Shown: piece by piece, positions 18,799 to 29,035 of the stretch
How positions within the stretch are numbered: position 1 is the stretch's first letter
Layout of the letters: each line of letters starts with the position of its first letter
Assembly (NCBI GenBank): GCA_945865565.1
Contig: CAMBEK010000002.1
Coordinates: forward strand, 7,901-71,900
Direction: 5' to 3'
Length of the DNA: 64,000 nt
Origin: Pseudobacteriovorax antillogorgiicola
GTDB taxonomy: Bacteria; Bdellovibrionota_B; Oligoflexia; Oligoflexales; RGVZ01
Notes under the pieces: model-generated
What the model saw: the letters and a program-made list of their open reading frames with translations, nothing else
What the model was told of the DNA's origin: nothing
Database searches by the model: none
Position numbers and translations under genes: made by a program

Positions 18799-19421
18799 TT
18801 CGCTTCCATCGGAATTGAGTCTTCCGATTTCGAATTGATGCGCGCGATCCAATAGATCAAAATGCCGTAGAAAACCTTGGTGGCAATGTCCGAGGTGGCG
18901 TAGCCAATCTGAATGCTGGTCATGTGCAGCTCTGGATTTATGCCAAAGAGCGGTAGCAAAAAGGAAATCGGGTAGAGCACCAGAGTCACAATGAGCAGAA
19001 GACAGAGGATTATTTTGCAGGCTTTTGTTTTATCTGGCTGCGTGTCAACCGCTTGGCCGATTTTTCCCCAGAATGCCTCGCGCAAATTTTTCCCAATGAC
19101 GCCAACGAATGCTATCAACGCCAAGGGGGCGGTGAGCATCCAGTCAAACATGTGAAGGGCATTGTTGAACGGTCTGCCTGATGGAACATAGGTGGTGCTG
19201 CCAGACATGATGAATGCATCTTTCCAGCTGCTCGTGATGCAAAAGTAGTTGTAGCAGGTGATTGCGACAATTGCCGAGGCCACCAGCAAGGCCACGCGGT
19301 ATTTTGGACCTACTTGAGAGCGAGCGCCGAATAAGAAAAGAAACGCTGCTCCCGTTGCGGCGATGGTAAGGGAAAAAAAATTACAAACTAACGCGAATTG
19401 GCCAGCGCTTAGTTCTGTCAT
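18795..19421 (-). CDS. Xanthorhodopsin/Gloeobacter-rhodopsin-like opsin with internal deletion of about two helices (208 aa)
   Basis: MTELSAGQF...KYRVAL...FNNALHMFDWMLTAP (helix C)...LYPI (helix F)...QIGYATSDIATKVFYG (helix G, DxxxK). GGAG 8 nt upstream of ATG 19421. Confidence 0.85.
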   Translation of the reverse strand: MTELSAGQFALVCNFFSLTIAATGAAFLFLFGARSQVGPKYRVALLVASAIVAITCYNYFCITSSWKDAFIMSGSTTYVPSGRPFNNALHMFDWMLTAPLALIAFVGVIGKNLREAFWGKIGQAVDTQPDKTKACKIILCLLLIVTLVLYPISFLLPLFGINPELHMTSIQIGYATSDIATKVFYGILIYWIARINSKSEDSIPMEAN

Positions 19422-19497
19422 CCTTGACACTCCAAGTCATGGTTTTTGAAACAACTTTGTTTGCTTCAATAATGTTGCCATAACTAATTTACACCAA

Positions 19498-20700
19498 TCA
19501 CCACTCGGAGTCGTCGATCACTTTTGGCAGTGCAGAGTTTCGGTGTCCCGAAGCCTTGCCGGTCGCGTGAGCTTTGTGGGGAGATTTGTTTTTGCTCTGC
19601 GCAGCCACATGATGCTCAAGCTCCTCGTGCGTCAATAGTTTGGCGCTAAGTCCGTCTCGTTGATTCTCAGTGCTCTTGTGACGGGCCACTGCAGTCCCAC
19701 CATCAGCACTGCAATCGACTAAAAAAGTAAACACATCAAGCTGCCCAGGGATATTCCCTTTGCGTACGAGATGGCATTCGCGGTGACCGCCAATAGCGGT
19801 GTTGCCGCCCTCGCTACGAACAAGTTCTCCGCCGTCGTGGCAATGCGCCTGGACGATGCCGTCGGCATTGTTTTGGTCGTCAGCCCAGCAGGCATCGTGG
19901 CCACCGTGTCCGCCGCTGATGTGGGATGAGTTTTCGGTGCCCGTCGTCTTTCCGCTCGGATTCCAAATTCCCGCTGATGCAGCAGTTTGCAGTGGCAGGG
20001 TACACAAGGACCCCTTCAGCTCCTTGCGGCTAGCCACCTCGTTGCAAACCTTGAAATTGACCTGTGGATCTTTACCGTCTGCAATCCTTTGAGGTAGCAA
20101 AGGGCGCCCCGTCAAGCGGCCTCCTTCACAACAACTGCCAGCATTCCCACAGGTAGGTACGTAGGCCAAGAGGTTGCACGCGCCGCCTTCCTTTCCCCCG
20201 CTATCAGCAAGGTAGCCAGGGATCAGTGCAAAGGCTTCTCGAGTCTTCGATTTATTGAGAGGCCAACCACACTCTTCCGCGCCGCTCATTGCGACCTTGG
20301 AAATCCCTTCGATGCGTTTTTTGCTTTCATGGAACATTCCCAACAGGGCCGGATGGCCATAGGCATCACATCTGTTGGAAGGGCACGGGCAGTATTCTTT
20401 CCGCTGACCTGGCCCGTCCTTGATCAGTACTAACGATCCGGGGGTCAGGGCGGTTGTGCGGCAAAATTCGCCGACGCCAACTCCAGATGGCACCAACGGC
20501 GGGCTTTCCCGGCTGGCTGTGTCTCTCTCCGGGAGAAATCCGGGGCAATATGGTGTGTCCTCGAGCGCCAAATCGGCATTTTTTGGGCTGACAAGACCGG
20601 CTACCGGTGTTTTTGCGGCAAAACGTTGCACCTCCACGCAAGAAACCAAGCTAAGCGCGGTCATCCCGACCAAGATTGCAACTACCGGTTCGCGACCCAT
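19498..20700 (-). CDS. Cys-rich, His-rich-tailed hypothetical lipoprotein
   Basis: Lipobox-like LSLVSC after a hydrophobic stretch from ATG 20700; many Cys; no recognised domain. Confidence 0.6.
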   Translation of the reverse strand: MGREPVVAILVGMTALSLVSCVEVQRFAAKTPVAGLVSPKNADLALEDTPYCPGFLPERDTASRESPPLVPSGVGVGEFCRTTALTPGSLVLIKDGPGQRKEYCPCPSNRCDAYGHPALLGMFHESKKRIEGISKVAMSGAEECGWPLNKSKTREAFALIPGYLADSGGKEGGACNLLAYVPTCGNAGSCCEGGRLTGRPLLPQRIADGKDPQVNFKVCNEVASRKELKGSLCTLPLQTAASAGIWNPSGKTTGTENSSHISGGHGGHDACWADDQNNADGIVQAHCHDGGELVRSEGGNTAIGGHRECHLVRKGNIPGQLDVFTFLVDCSADGGTAVARHKSTENQRDGLSAKLLTHEELEHHVAAQSKNKSPHKAHATGKASGHRNSALPKVIDDSEW

Positions 20701-20771
20701 CTTCACCCCCAACAGTGTTAAACACTTAAACGGGATCAAGAGGGTTTCGGTTGTTTTGTGGAAAACTTAAT

Positions 20772-21218
20772 TTATGCTGATTTCGCGGTCATTTCGGGCG
20801 CTTGCTGAAGAACGAATCTAACAAAGTCAGCCTCCGTCAGGATTCCGCTCAATTGTCCGGCCTCCATCACGGGCAGGCAGCCAAATTTATTTTCGAGCAA
20901 GATCGTGGCGGCATCCTGGATGTCAGTATCAATATCGATGGTCTCAACATCACGAATCATGACGAAGCTGACTTTGGTCTTGGCAAGCAAATCGTCCTCG
21001 GCATATGCGGGCAATTCATCTGTTGCGAATAATCCGTGGCGCACGAGGTCGCGATGAGAGATCACGCCGACGAGACTGCCATCATCGCGATCGATCACGG
21101 GCAGATGACGGATTTGATTTTCAAACATGATCTGGTTGACGATCTGGAGATTGTCTTCTGGGTAAACGGTTTGAAGCTCATGATGGCTGATGAGATCTCT
21201 GACGACGATATTTTTCAT
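20772..21218 (-). CDS. CBS-pair domain protein
   Basis: IRHLPVID...GVISHRDL and FGCLPV...GILTEADF; GAGG RBS before ATG 21218. Confidence 0.9.
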   Translation of the reverse strand: MKNIVVRDLISHHELQTVYPEDNLQIVNQIMFENQIRHLPVIDRDDGSLVGVISHRDLVRHGLFATDELPAYAEDDLLAKTKVSFVMIRDVETIDIDTDIQDAATILLENKFGCLPVMEAGQLSGILTEADFVRFVLQQAPEMTAKSA

Positions 21219-21293
21219 GTTGGACACCTCCCTGATGGAAGGTTCAATGCAAATCCAATGCAAGTCCAAGGAACCATCGGAGGCGAAAATAAA

Positions 21294-22361
21294 TCAGTTG
21301 TCTAAAATATCAATTTCCAGACGGATCCATTCTCCAATCGAGTTCAAGTGCTCCTCGCGTAGCTCGAGCAACGAATCGGGGATGTTCGTCGACGGATTCC
21401 CTTCGAGGTAAAGATGCTTGAGATCGTTAAGGCCGGCGAGGTCGGAAAAATCCTGGATCTGGTTATCCCTCAGATCAAGCCAACGCAGTTTCTTAAGTCC
21501 GGCCAACCCGGCTGTTGTCGCAATCTCATTGCCGCGCAAGTCGAGGGCGTCAATCTGGGTCATCGCCTCGATTCCCGCCAAAGAGTTGATGCGGTTGCGG
21601 GTCAGGGTCAGGTTTTTCATGTTTGCCATGGCAGCGAGTGGTTGAAGATTTTGGATTCTGTTCCCTGGCAGATGCAGGTAGGTAATGGCGCTCAGCGCCG
21701 TCAAAGGTTCCAGTGATTCAATCTGATTGTGCCCCAGGAACAGACTGTCGATTTGCGTTAATTTACGGAGAGGTTCGAGCGACTTGATCTGATTCTCTTC
21801 AGCAGCAAATTCGCGCATTCTGGAAAGGCCCCTGACTGGGCCGAGGTCGGTGATCTGGTTCTTGGTCAAGGTTACGCGGGACAGGTGTTTTAGCTTTGCC
21901 AAGACCGTAATGTCCGTGATCCGGTTGTCCCACATGATCAAGGTTCGCAAGTCCCGGAGCCAGTCAAGGGGGCTTAGGTCAACGATTTCATTGTGAGATG
22001 CGGAGAGGATGCTCAAGTGAGGTTGGGTCGCAACCGGGCCCAAGCTCGAGAGTAACCACCAGGGGTCAAACGGATCCCGGTGAAGTTTAAGGTAGGAAAT
22101 CTTTTTGAGGGTTTCTTCCGCTCCCCCACAGATCCGTTCGTCCCTGCTTTTTAAGTCAAAGCCAGCCCGCCATGCCATGACTTCAACCGTCTGGCGATCA
22201 GCGTCAGTGGGCGGATTCAGGCAGGTCTCCTTGAAGGAGGGTGCTGTCCGCAAATGGTCATCGTGGGGGCTTGGTATTCTGGCGACGGCAGGCACCGGAA
22301 AAATTCCAGAAACGGCACAAAATACTGTGAAAATTTGAATTTTAAAGGTTTCGATTTTCAT
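21294..22361 (-). CDS. Secreted leucine-rich repeat protein (internalin-like)
   Basis: Signal-like N-terminus, then about ten 22-aa LxxLxLxxNxIxDLxxL repeats. Confidence 0.9.
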   Translation of the reverse strand: MKIETFKIQIFTVFCAVSGIFPVPAVARIPSPHDDHLRTAPSFKETCLNPPTDADRQTVEVMAWRAGFDLKSRDERICGGAEETLKKISYLKLHRDPFDPWWLLSSLGPVATQPHLSILSASHNEIVDLSPLDWLRDLRTLIMWDNRITDITVLAKLKHLSRVTLTKNQITDLGPVRGLSRMREFAAEENQIKSLEPLRKLTQIDSLFLGHNQIESLEPLTALSAITYLHLPGNRIQNLQPLAAMANMKNLTLTRNRINSLAGIEAMTQIDALDLRGNEIATTAGLAGLKKLRWLDLRDNQIQDFSDLAGLNDLKHLYLEGNPSTNIPDSLLELREEHLNSIGEWIRLEIDILDN

Positions 22362-22388
22362 TCGGTGATTGTATCATCCGCGACCACC

Positions 22389-24026
22389 ATGATCCACTTG
22401 TCCAACATCACTAAACGTTTCGGGGACCGCGTCCTTTACCAGAACGCAACCTTCATGGTCCGTCCGAATGACAAAATCGGCCTGGTTGGACCCAACGGTG
22501 CCGGCAAGACCACAATTTTTGAACTGGTTGCTGGGCTTGATAGCCCGGACGACGGCACCATTGCGATCGATCCAGGGGTCCTCATCGGATATTTTTCCCA
22601 AGATGTCGGAGAGATGTCTGGGCGTACGGCTTTGGAAGAAACCCTGGCCGGGGCCGGACGGGTCTCTGAACTTGGTCGTGAAATTGCGGTCATGGAAAAG
22701 CAGCTCGAAGACTCCGCGGTAAATCCCCTGAGCGACGATGAAATGAACCGCCTGATGGAACGTTTTGGCGAAGTCCAAATGGAGTTTCAGCAACGGGGTG
22801 GATACGATCTTGAGGCCCGTGCCCAGGAAGTTCTCACAGGTCTTGGCATCGATGCGACGAAGTGGAACCGCCCGGTGGAATCATTCTCTGGTGGTTGGAA
22901 AATGCGCATTGCCTTGGCGCAGATTCTGCTTTTGAACCCTGATGTTCTTTTGATGGACGAGCCCACCAACCACTTGGATCTCGAATCCATCATGTGGGTT
23001 GAAAAGTGGCTTAAGGAATTCAAGGGCAGTCTGGTCATGACCTCCCATGACCGGGAATTCATGAACCGGATTTGCAAGCGAACGGTAGAGATTGCGAACA
23101 AATCAATCACGACCTACAGCGGAAACTACGACTTTTACCTGAAAGAACGGGAAATCCGTCGGCAGCAACTCGAGGCTGCTGCAAAGCGCCAGGCCGATAT
23201 GCTGGCCAAGGAAGAAGAATTCATCGCGAGATTTGCGGCCCGGGCGTCCCACGCAGCCCAGGTGCAGTCGCGCGTTAAAAAGCTCGACAAGATAGACCGC
23301 ATCGAGCTGCCGCCTGAACTTAGAAAAATGAAGTTTGAGTTTGCTCCAGGTACGCGCAGCGGCAACGACGTCGTGCGCATGGCAGACCTCGGCAAACACT
23401 GGCCGACGCCGGAAGGCTCAGTTCAGCCAGTTTTCAGTGGACTGACGGGAGTCGTTCAGCGGCTCAATAAAATCGCAGTTACTGGAGTCAACGGGGCCGG
23501 AAAAAGCACTCTCCTCAAAATCATCACGGGCCAGACCGCTCCATCAGAAGGTGTTTGCACATTGGGTGCGAGTCTCAACGTCGGATATTTTAGCCAATAT
23601 TCCTGTGACCTCTTGAATCCCGAAAATACGATTTTTGACGAGGTTTCAAGCCGTCTTCCAAAGGCCTCTGTCGGTTGGGTGAAGAACCTGCTTGGTTCGT
23701 TTTTGTTTTCTGGCGATGACGCAGACAAGAAGATTAGAAATCTGTCTGGTGGCGAGAAAAGTCGCGTCATGTTGGCGTGCATCTTGGCGCAGCCCGTTAA
23801 CTTTTTAGTACTCGATGAACCAACCAACCATCTTGATATCGATAGCCGCGAAGTGCTGCTGAGCGCGCTTCAGGAGTTTGAAGGCACCGTCATGATTGTC
23901 AGTCATGACCGGTACTTTCTACGCGCCATTGCCAACCGTGTTTTCGAGATTGATCACGGGCACTTGCGTGTTTACGAAGGGCATTACGACGAGTACCTGG
24001 AACACGTCGAGTCCCTGAGAAAATAA
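22389..24026 (+). CDS. ABC-F family ATPase
   Basis: Two ABC cassettes (GPNGAGKT/FSGGW/LLMDEPTNHLD and GVNGAGKS/LSGGE/VLDEPTNHLD), no TM domain. Start moved to ATG 22389. Confidence 0.95.
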   Translation: MIHLSNITKRFGDRVLYQNATFMVRPNDKIGLVGPNGAGKTTIFELVAGLDSPDDGTIAIDPGVLIGYFSQDVGEMSGRTALEETLAGAGRVSELGREIAVMEKQLEDSAVNPLSDDEMNRLMERFGEVQMEFQQRGGYDLEARAQEVLTGLGIDATKWNRPVESFSGGWKMRIALAQILLLNPDVLLMDEPTNHLDLESIMWVEKWLKEFKGSLVMTSHDREFMNRICKRTVEIANKSITTYSGNYDFYLKEREIRRQQLEAAAKRQADMLAKEEEFIARFAARASHAAQVQSRVKKLDKIDRIELPPELRKMKFEFAPGTRSGNDVVRMADLGKHWPTPEGSVQPVFSGLTGVVQRLNKIAVTGVNGAGKSTLLKIITGQTAPSEGVCTLGASLNVGYFSQYSCDLLNPENTIFDEVSSRLPKASVGWVKNLLGSFLFSGDDADKKIRNLSGGEKSRVMLACILAQPVNFLVLDEPTNHLDIDSREVLLSALQEFEGTVMIVSHDRYFLRAIANRVFEIDHGHLRVYEGHYDEYLEHVESLRK

Positions 24027-24083
24027 CGGTCCCCCATCAAGCATTTCATTTTTATGGCGAAGCCTCCGGCGGAGGTGTTTGTC

Positions 24084-24563
24084 ATGAAAGAATACATTGC
24101 AGACCTGGGTATCGCAGCTCAGTTGGAGCAGGCCTCCAGCCGCGGCCAGAAATTATTTGAACGCCTTGGAGGGCGTCCCACGCTGGACCGTGTTCATAAG
24201 ATTTTTTATGAAAAGCTCTATGCGCACAGCTGGATCGGAAAATATTTCGAAGGCATCGACAGGGAACTGATCACAAATCAGCAATCTGATTTTATGGGCA
24301 TGCTGTTCGGGGGGCCAAAGATTTTCAGTGGTCGCATGCCGATCGATGCGCACATGCATATGATGATCACCGCAGAGCTTTTTGAAGTCCGCCATGGGCT
24401 GTTGCGCGAATCCCTCGCAGAATCAAAAATCAACGAGCCTGAATTCTCCGAGTGGCTTGCGGTTGACGCTGCATTCAAGAGGATCTTGATCAAAAAAAGC
24501 GTGGATGACTGCAAAAAACGATTCAACACCGACGATATCGTGAATCATCTCAAAGCATGTTGA
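24084..24563 (+). CDS. Group I truncated hemoglobin
   Basis: LFERLGG...IFY...QQSDFM...GGP...AH pattern with B10 Tyr and F8 His; GGAGGT RBS. Confidence 0.85.
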   Translation: MKEYIADLGIAAQLEQASSRGQKLFERLGGRPTLDRVHKIFYEKLYAHSWIGKYFEGIDRELITNQQSDFMGMLFGGPKIFSGRMPIDAHMHMMITAELFEVRHGLLRESLAESKINEPEFSEWLAVDAAFKRILIKKSVDDCKKRFNTDDIVNHLKAC

Positions 24564-24571
24564 ACGACGAT

Positions 24572-26008
24572 TTATCTGAGCAACATTACCTTGAACGTCC
24601 GGCCCTTGATCTTGCCTTCAATCAGGCTTTTCAGGGCGTGCTGGGCGACATCCTTGCGAACCGCGACGTAAGAAATCCGGTCATGGATTTCGATCTTGCC
24701 GACGTCGTCACCCTTCAGGCCGCCAGATTCGCCAGTCAGCGCGCCCAGAATATCTCCTGGGCGAAGCTTGTCCTTGCGACCTGCCGAAATTGAAATGGTT
24801 TCCATCCGTGCCGCCTTGATTACGGATTCCGTATTGTCGCGGCCGCCAGTAATTACATCTGATTTTTCGGCCTGGGGTTTGCCTCGCGGCAAAGGAGAAA
24901 TGACAGGTTTGGTCGAGGTGTATTCCCCAATCAACGCGAGTTTGAATTTTTCCCTCGGGGTAACGATGGAGACAGCCAGTCCAGTTTTGCCAGCCCTTCC
25001 CGTCCGCCCGATCCGATGCACATACGTGTCAGGTTTGCTTGGGCAATCAAAATTGACGACTAAATCAAGGCTTTCGACGTCAATTCCCCGCGCAGCAACA
25101 TCTGTGGCGACCAGGATCCGTGTGCTTTGGTTGCGAAACCTTGCCATCACGCGGTCTCGTTCAAACTGCTCAAGATCTCCGTGCAGGCTTGCAGCGCTGA
25201 TGCCGGTATTGTTTAAGGCGTCAGAAACTTCCCGTGCCACCGCCTTCATGTTCGTGAAGACAATCGCAGATTGCGGGGCGTGATGTTCCAGAATTTTGAT
25301 CAGGGCAGTGGTTTTCTCGCCAAGTCCCGCCTCGTAGAATTTTTCTTCTATGGCAGCTTCTTCACCGGCGGCGTCCTTGATGGTCACTGTAACTGGATTC
25401 TGCTGGTACTTCGCACTTAGGTCCGTGATGGATTGGGGAAAGGTCGCAGAGAAAAAAACGGATTGGCATTTTCGCGGGAGTGCCGCCAAAATCTGTTCCA
25501 TGTCTTCTTCGAAACCCATGTCCAACATGCGGTCGGCTTCGTCGAGAACCAGAGTTGTGGTTTTGCTGAGGATCAGGCTTTTACGTTGGATCAAATCGAG
25601 AACGCGCCCGGGTGTCCCGACCACGATGTGAGCGCCTTTTTCCAGGGCTCCAACCTGAGGGGCGATAAACTGCCCGCCCGACCCGACGAGGACTTGAAGC
25701 CCTGCATGACGTCGACCCAGACGCCGCACTTCACGCGCAACCTGAGCACAAAGTTCTCTCGTGGGGCACAGGATCAGCGCCTGAACCGCCCGCGTTTTCA
25801 TATTGATGTTGCGCAGGATAGGGATTGAAAAGGCGGCTGTTTTTCCACTACCCGTCTTAGATTGGCCGACCAGATCCCGGCCACTCAGCAGCACTGGAAT
25901 GCTCTCGGCCTGGATTGGCGTCATTTTGGTGTAGCCAAGCTCTGCGATCACTTCCAGGAGAAGCGGCGGCAAATCCAGGTCACTGAAATGTTCCAATTTA
26001 TTTTTCAT
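24572..26008 (-). CDS. dbpA: ATP-dependent RNA helicase DbpA
   Basis: Q-motif, [26 protein letters not shown] and C-terminal DbpA RBD (GRKDKLRPGDILGALTGE). Confidence 0.92.
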   Translation of the reverse strand: MKNKLEHFSDLDLPPLLLEVIAELGYTKMTPIQAESIPVLLSGRDLVGQSKTGSGKTAAFSIPILRNINMKTRAVQALILCPTRELCAQVAREVRRLGRRHAGLQVLVGSGGQFIAPQVGALEKGAHIVVGTPGRVLDLIQRKSLILSKTTTLVLDEADRMLDMGFEEDMEQILAALPRKCQSVFFSATFPQSITDLSAKYQQNPVTVTIKDAAGEEAAIEEKFYEAGLGEKTTALIKILEHHAPQSAIVFTNMKAVAREVSDALNNTGISAASLHGDLEQFERDRVMARFRNQSTRILVATDVAARGIDVESLDLVVNFDCPSKPDTYVHRIGRTGRAGKTGLAVSIVTPREKFKLALIGEYTSTKPVISPLPRGKPQAEKSDVITGGRDNTESVIKAARMETISISAGRKDKLRPGDILGALTGESGGLKGDDVGKIEIHDRISYVAVRKDVAQHALKSLIEGKIKGRTFKVMLLR

Positions 26009-26049
26009 TCGTAATCCGTGATTCGTAAATTACCGGGTGGATATTTGCG

Positions 26050-27489
26050 TTAAGAGCGGCGCGAGCGGTTTGCAGAACTGCCCGCGCGGGCTGGTGAACT
26101 TGAGTGTCCGCTGCTATTTCCTGCGCCGCTTCTGCCGCGCGGGCCACCTTGGCTGCGGCCTTGGCGTTGACCCCTGCCACCGCCAGAACCTCGGCGACCA
26201 TCTTGACGCGGAGGCACCGGTGCATTGGCCCCGGCCGTGAACGGATGATCGGTGACAACCGGGATATCTTTGCGGGTCATTCGTTCAATGGTGGCTACGT
26301 ACCTTTGTTCTTCGTAATCACAGAAGGACATGGCGACACCGCGGGCTTCTGCCCTGCCCGTGCGACCAATACGGTGTACGTAGGTCTCGGGCTCGTTTGG
26401 CATTTCAAAGTTGATGACGTGGGAAATGGCATCGACGTCAATTCCCCGCGCCGCGATATCGCTGGCGACAAGGATACGAATCTTACCGGCCTTGAATCCG
26501 TCCAGAGCCCTCTGGCGGGCGCTTTGGGATTTGTTACCATGGATCGCCGCGGCCTGGACTCCCGATTCGCTCAGGAACTGTTCCAGTTTATTGGCGTTGT
26601 GTTTGGTTCGCGTGAAGACCAGTGCTCTTGTCACGTTTTCCGTATCGAGAATGTGCAGCAGGAGTTGTTTTTTGTCGGCCCGACCAACATGGTAAACACG
26701 CTGTTCGACCTGGTCGCTGGTGGATGACACCGGCGTTACTTTCACTGTGACCGGGTTGTGCAGGATTGAATCAATCAGACCCTGAACTTCCTTTGGGATT
26801 GTTGCCGAGAACAGCAAGTTTTGGCGCTTGAGGGGAAGAACTTTCAGGATGCGTTTGATGTCGTGGATGAAACCCATGTCCAGCATCCGGTCGGCTTCGT
26901 CCAAGACAAGAATTTCCAGATTTTGAAAAGTCACTACGCGGCGTTCCATCAGGTCAATCAGGCGGCCTGGGGTTGCGACAAGGATATCGATGCCGCGCCG
27001 AATGGTTGTGATCTGAGGTTCGATGCCAACGCCACCGAAAACGACTGCGGTTTTGAGCGGCAAGTGTTTGCCGTATGTTTTGAAGCTATCGCTGATTTGC
27101 AGCGCGAGTTCACGGGTCGGTGCCAAAATCAGAGCCCGTACTAGAGGAGCCTGTTTTGGGGCTGACTTGTTGCCCTCGTGTGAAAGGGCTTCCAGTCCGT
27201 CTGGGCCGAGAAGTCTCTGTAGCATCGGCAAAGCAAAGGCAGCCGTTTTGCCAGTTCCTGTTTGGGCGCAGCCGAGCATATCCCTGCCGTCCAGGATGGA
27301 TGCGATGGACTGCTCTTGAATAGGGGTTGGATTTTCGTAGCCTTCAGATTTTACGGCGCGAAGGATAGGCTCAATCAAGCCGAGGCTTTCAAATCCGCCG
27401 GTTGACCGGGGCGCTGTTTTTACTGCGGAAGTAGAGGCGGATGACGGTGTCGATGATGAAGTCAGTTTCTGGATCAGTTTGAAAACCAC
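26050..27489 (-). CDS. rhlE: DEAD-box RNA helicase, RhlE-like
   Basis: [34 protein letters not shown] and a basic Gly/Arg-rich tail. Confidence 0.85.
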   Translation of the reverse strand: MVFKLIQKLTSSSTPSSASTSAVKTAPRSTGGFESLGLIEPILRAVKSEGYENPTPIQEQSIASILDGRDMLGCAQTGTGKTAAFALPMLQRLLGPDGLEALSHEGNKSAPKQAPLVRALILAPTRELALQISDSFKTYGKHLPLKTAVVFGGVGIEPQITTIRRGIDILVATPGRLIDLMERRVVTFQNLEILVLDEADRMLDMGFIHDIKRILKVLPLKRQNLLFSATIPKEVQGLIDSILHNPVTVKVTPVSSTSDQVEQRVYHVGRADKKQLLLHILDTENVTRALVFTRTKHNANKLEQFLSESGVQAAAIHGNKSQSARQRALDGFKAGKIRILVASDIAARGIDVDAISHVINFEMPNEPETYVHRIGRTGRAEARGVAMSFCDYEEQRYVATIERMTRKDIPVVTDHPFTAGANAPVPPRQDGRRGSGGGRGQRQGRSQGGPRGRSGAGNSSGHSSSPARAGSSANRSRRS

Positions 27490-27654
27490 TTAGTTAGAGC
27501 CTTTTTTTCTGTTTATAGAGTCTTTTTAATAACCATTTTGATGATGCCGGAATTAATCTGGCAGGAGAATCGTATGGCAGGTAAGGTGCCATGTATTAGA
27601 AATTAAGCGAAACAACAATGATTTTATTCAAGTTGCCGCTTTCACAGTGGTTTC

Positions 27655-28149
27655 TTGAGATCTGGGGCTCTTCTGAAAATCTGGATCGACAATGACGGCT
27701 GTCCCCGCTTGGTCCGGGACCTTGTTTTTGCGGCAGCGACGAGACGGGGCCTTGAGACTGTGGTGGTTGGGAATACCTATGCCAAAGTCCCGTTGGGTAA
27801 GTTGTTTTCCTCGGTTTGTGTCCCCGGCGGGTTTGACGCAGCGGATGACTATATTGCGGATCATGTCGGGTCTGGCGACCTGGTGATCACGTCCGATGTA
27901 CCTTTGGCAGGACGTATCGTCGCAAAAGATGCCGTCGCGCTGAATTCCCACGGGACGATCTTCAATGCGGCATCGATCGGGGAACAGCTGTCCTCGCGGA
28001 ACCTGATGCAAGAATTGCGCGGCGGCGGCATGCTCAGCGGCGGCGGCCCACCGCCTTTTGGCGATGGTGAAAAAAAACGCTTTGCGAATGCCCTTGAAAA
28101 AATCTTGGATCAACTTCGTCCCAAGCTCGGTTCTTCCTCGCCAAGGTAA
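27655..28149 (+). CDS. YaiI/YqxD family protein (DUF188)
   Basis: KIWIDNDGCP...DAADDYI...DLVITSDVPLA...GGPPP pattern. Confidence 0.9.
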   Translation: MRSGALLKIWIDNDGCPRLVRDLVFAAATRRGLETVVVGNTYAKVPLGKLFSSVCVPGGFDAADDYIADHVGSGDLVITSDVPLAGRIVAKDAVALNSHGTIFNAASIGEQLSSRNLMQELRGGGMLSGGGPPPFGDGEKKRFANALEKILDQLRPKLGSSSPR

Positions 28150-28245
28150 CTGGAGTCCTTCTTTTGGGCTTTGGCGTGGCCTGGAGCTTGCAGTTGCACC
28201 TTTCGTCGGCAATTCCGCTGTGAACCAGAGAAACATCAGCGAACC

Positions 28246-28971
28246 ATGGATCATCATCGGCAGGTTCATTCCTTTTCATTATTATCAACCGCTGCTTTTT
28301 TAATGCTCATTTTTGGGATTGACTCCCATGGCTTTGCCGAGGGAGTCGAACTGCCTCGCTTTCCCCCGTTGCCCCGCGAGGGTGAATATCTCAAAGCTGC
28401 AGAAGCGACTGGCGTTACCCTCCAAGAAGACATCTTCATTCGCCGCGAGTTGCTTGAAGATTTTCTTGGAACCGGTCGTGCATCTGCCATAATCAGCGAC
28501 GATTTTGATCGGCTTCTGAACATTTACGGTGAGGTGTCTTCAACCATTAGCAGAGAGGATCTGCTGCGCATGGAATGGCGAGTTGCGAAAAATCAGGTTG
28601 AAGGCGACATGGCCAGGTGCGGCGCACAAATCGTGTTGAAGTATGAGGAAATCGATCTGGTGGAATTGCGTGTTCTCGCCGGTGAAAAAATCCGGTCGAA
28701 GGATTTAAGCAAGATGCAGCTTGAGGTTCGCGGTCTGGCTGTCGTTCTGGCAGAAACCCGGGTTCGAAGGGCAATCCTCGATCAGAATTATTTCCAGGTT
28801 TTGTTTGACAACATCAGCCGTATGAATCGCATTGAATTTGCCAGTCGCGAAAATTATCTCGAGGATTTAATTCAGCTGAAACGGGCCAATGAGACGCTGG
28901 AGGCGGATCGACGGCGCCTCGCGATGGCCCAGCAGGCCCTTGATATTGTTAGGAAGCAGTCCATTTTATGA
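28246..28971 (+). CDS. Exported alpha-helical hypothetical protein
   Basis: Signal-like segment, coiled-coil composition and an internal SREDLL/SRENYL repeat; start uncertain. Confidence 0.5.
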   Translation: MDHHRQVHSFSLLSTAAFLMLIFGIDSHGFAEGVELPRFPPLPREGEYLKAAEATGVTLQEDIFIRRELLEDFLGTGRASAIISDDFDRLLNIYGEVSSTISREDLLRMEWRVAKNQVEGDMARCGAQIVLKYEEIDLVELRVLAGEKIRSKDLSKMQLEVRGLAVVLAETRVRRAILDQNYFQVLFDNISRMNRIEFASRENYLEDLIQLKRANETLEADRRRLAMAQQALDIVRKQSIL

Positions 28972-29035
28972 TTATACGGCTTGAATTTATATTAAAATCA
29001 CATATAAATCTCCGAAGTTAAAAGGAGACGATTAG

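Noticed and set aside
22254-22388. 45-aa N-terminal extension on the ABC-F ORF
   Set aside because: It overlaps the opposite-strand LRR gene; the ABC domain begins at ATG 22389.
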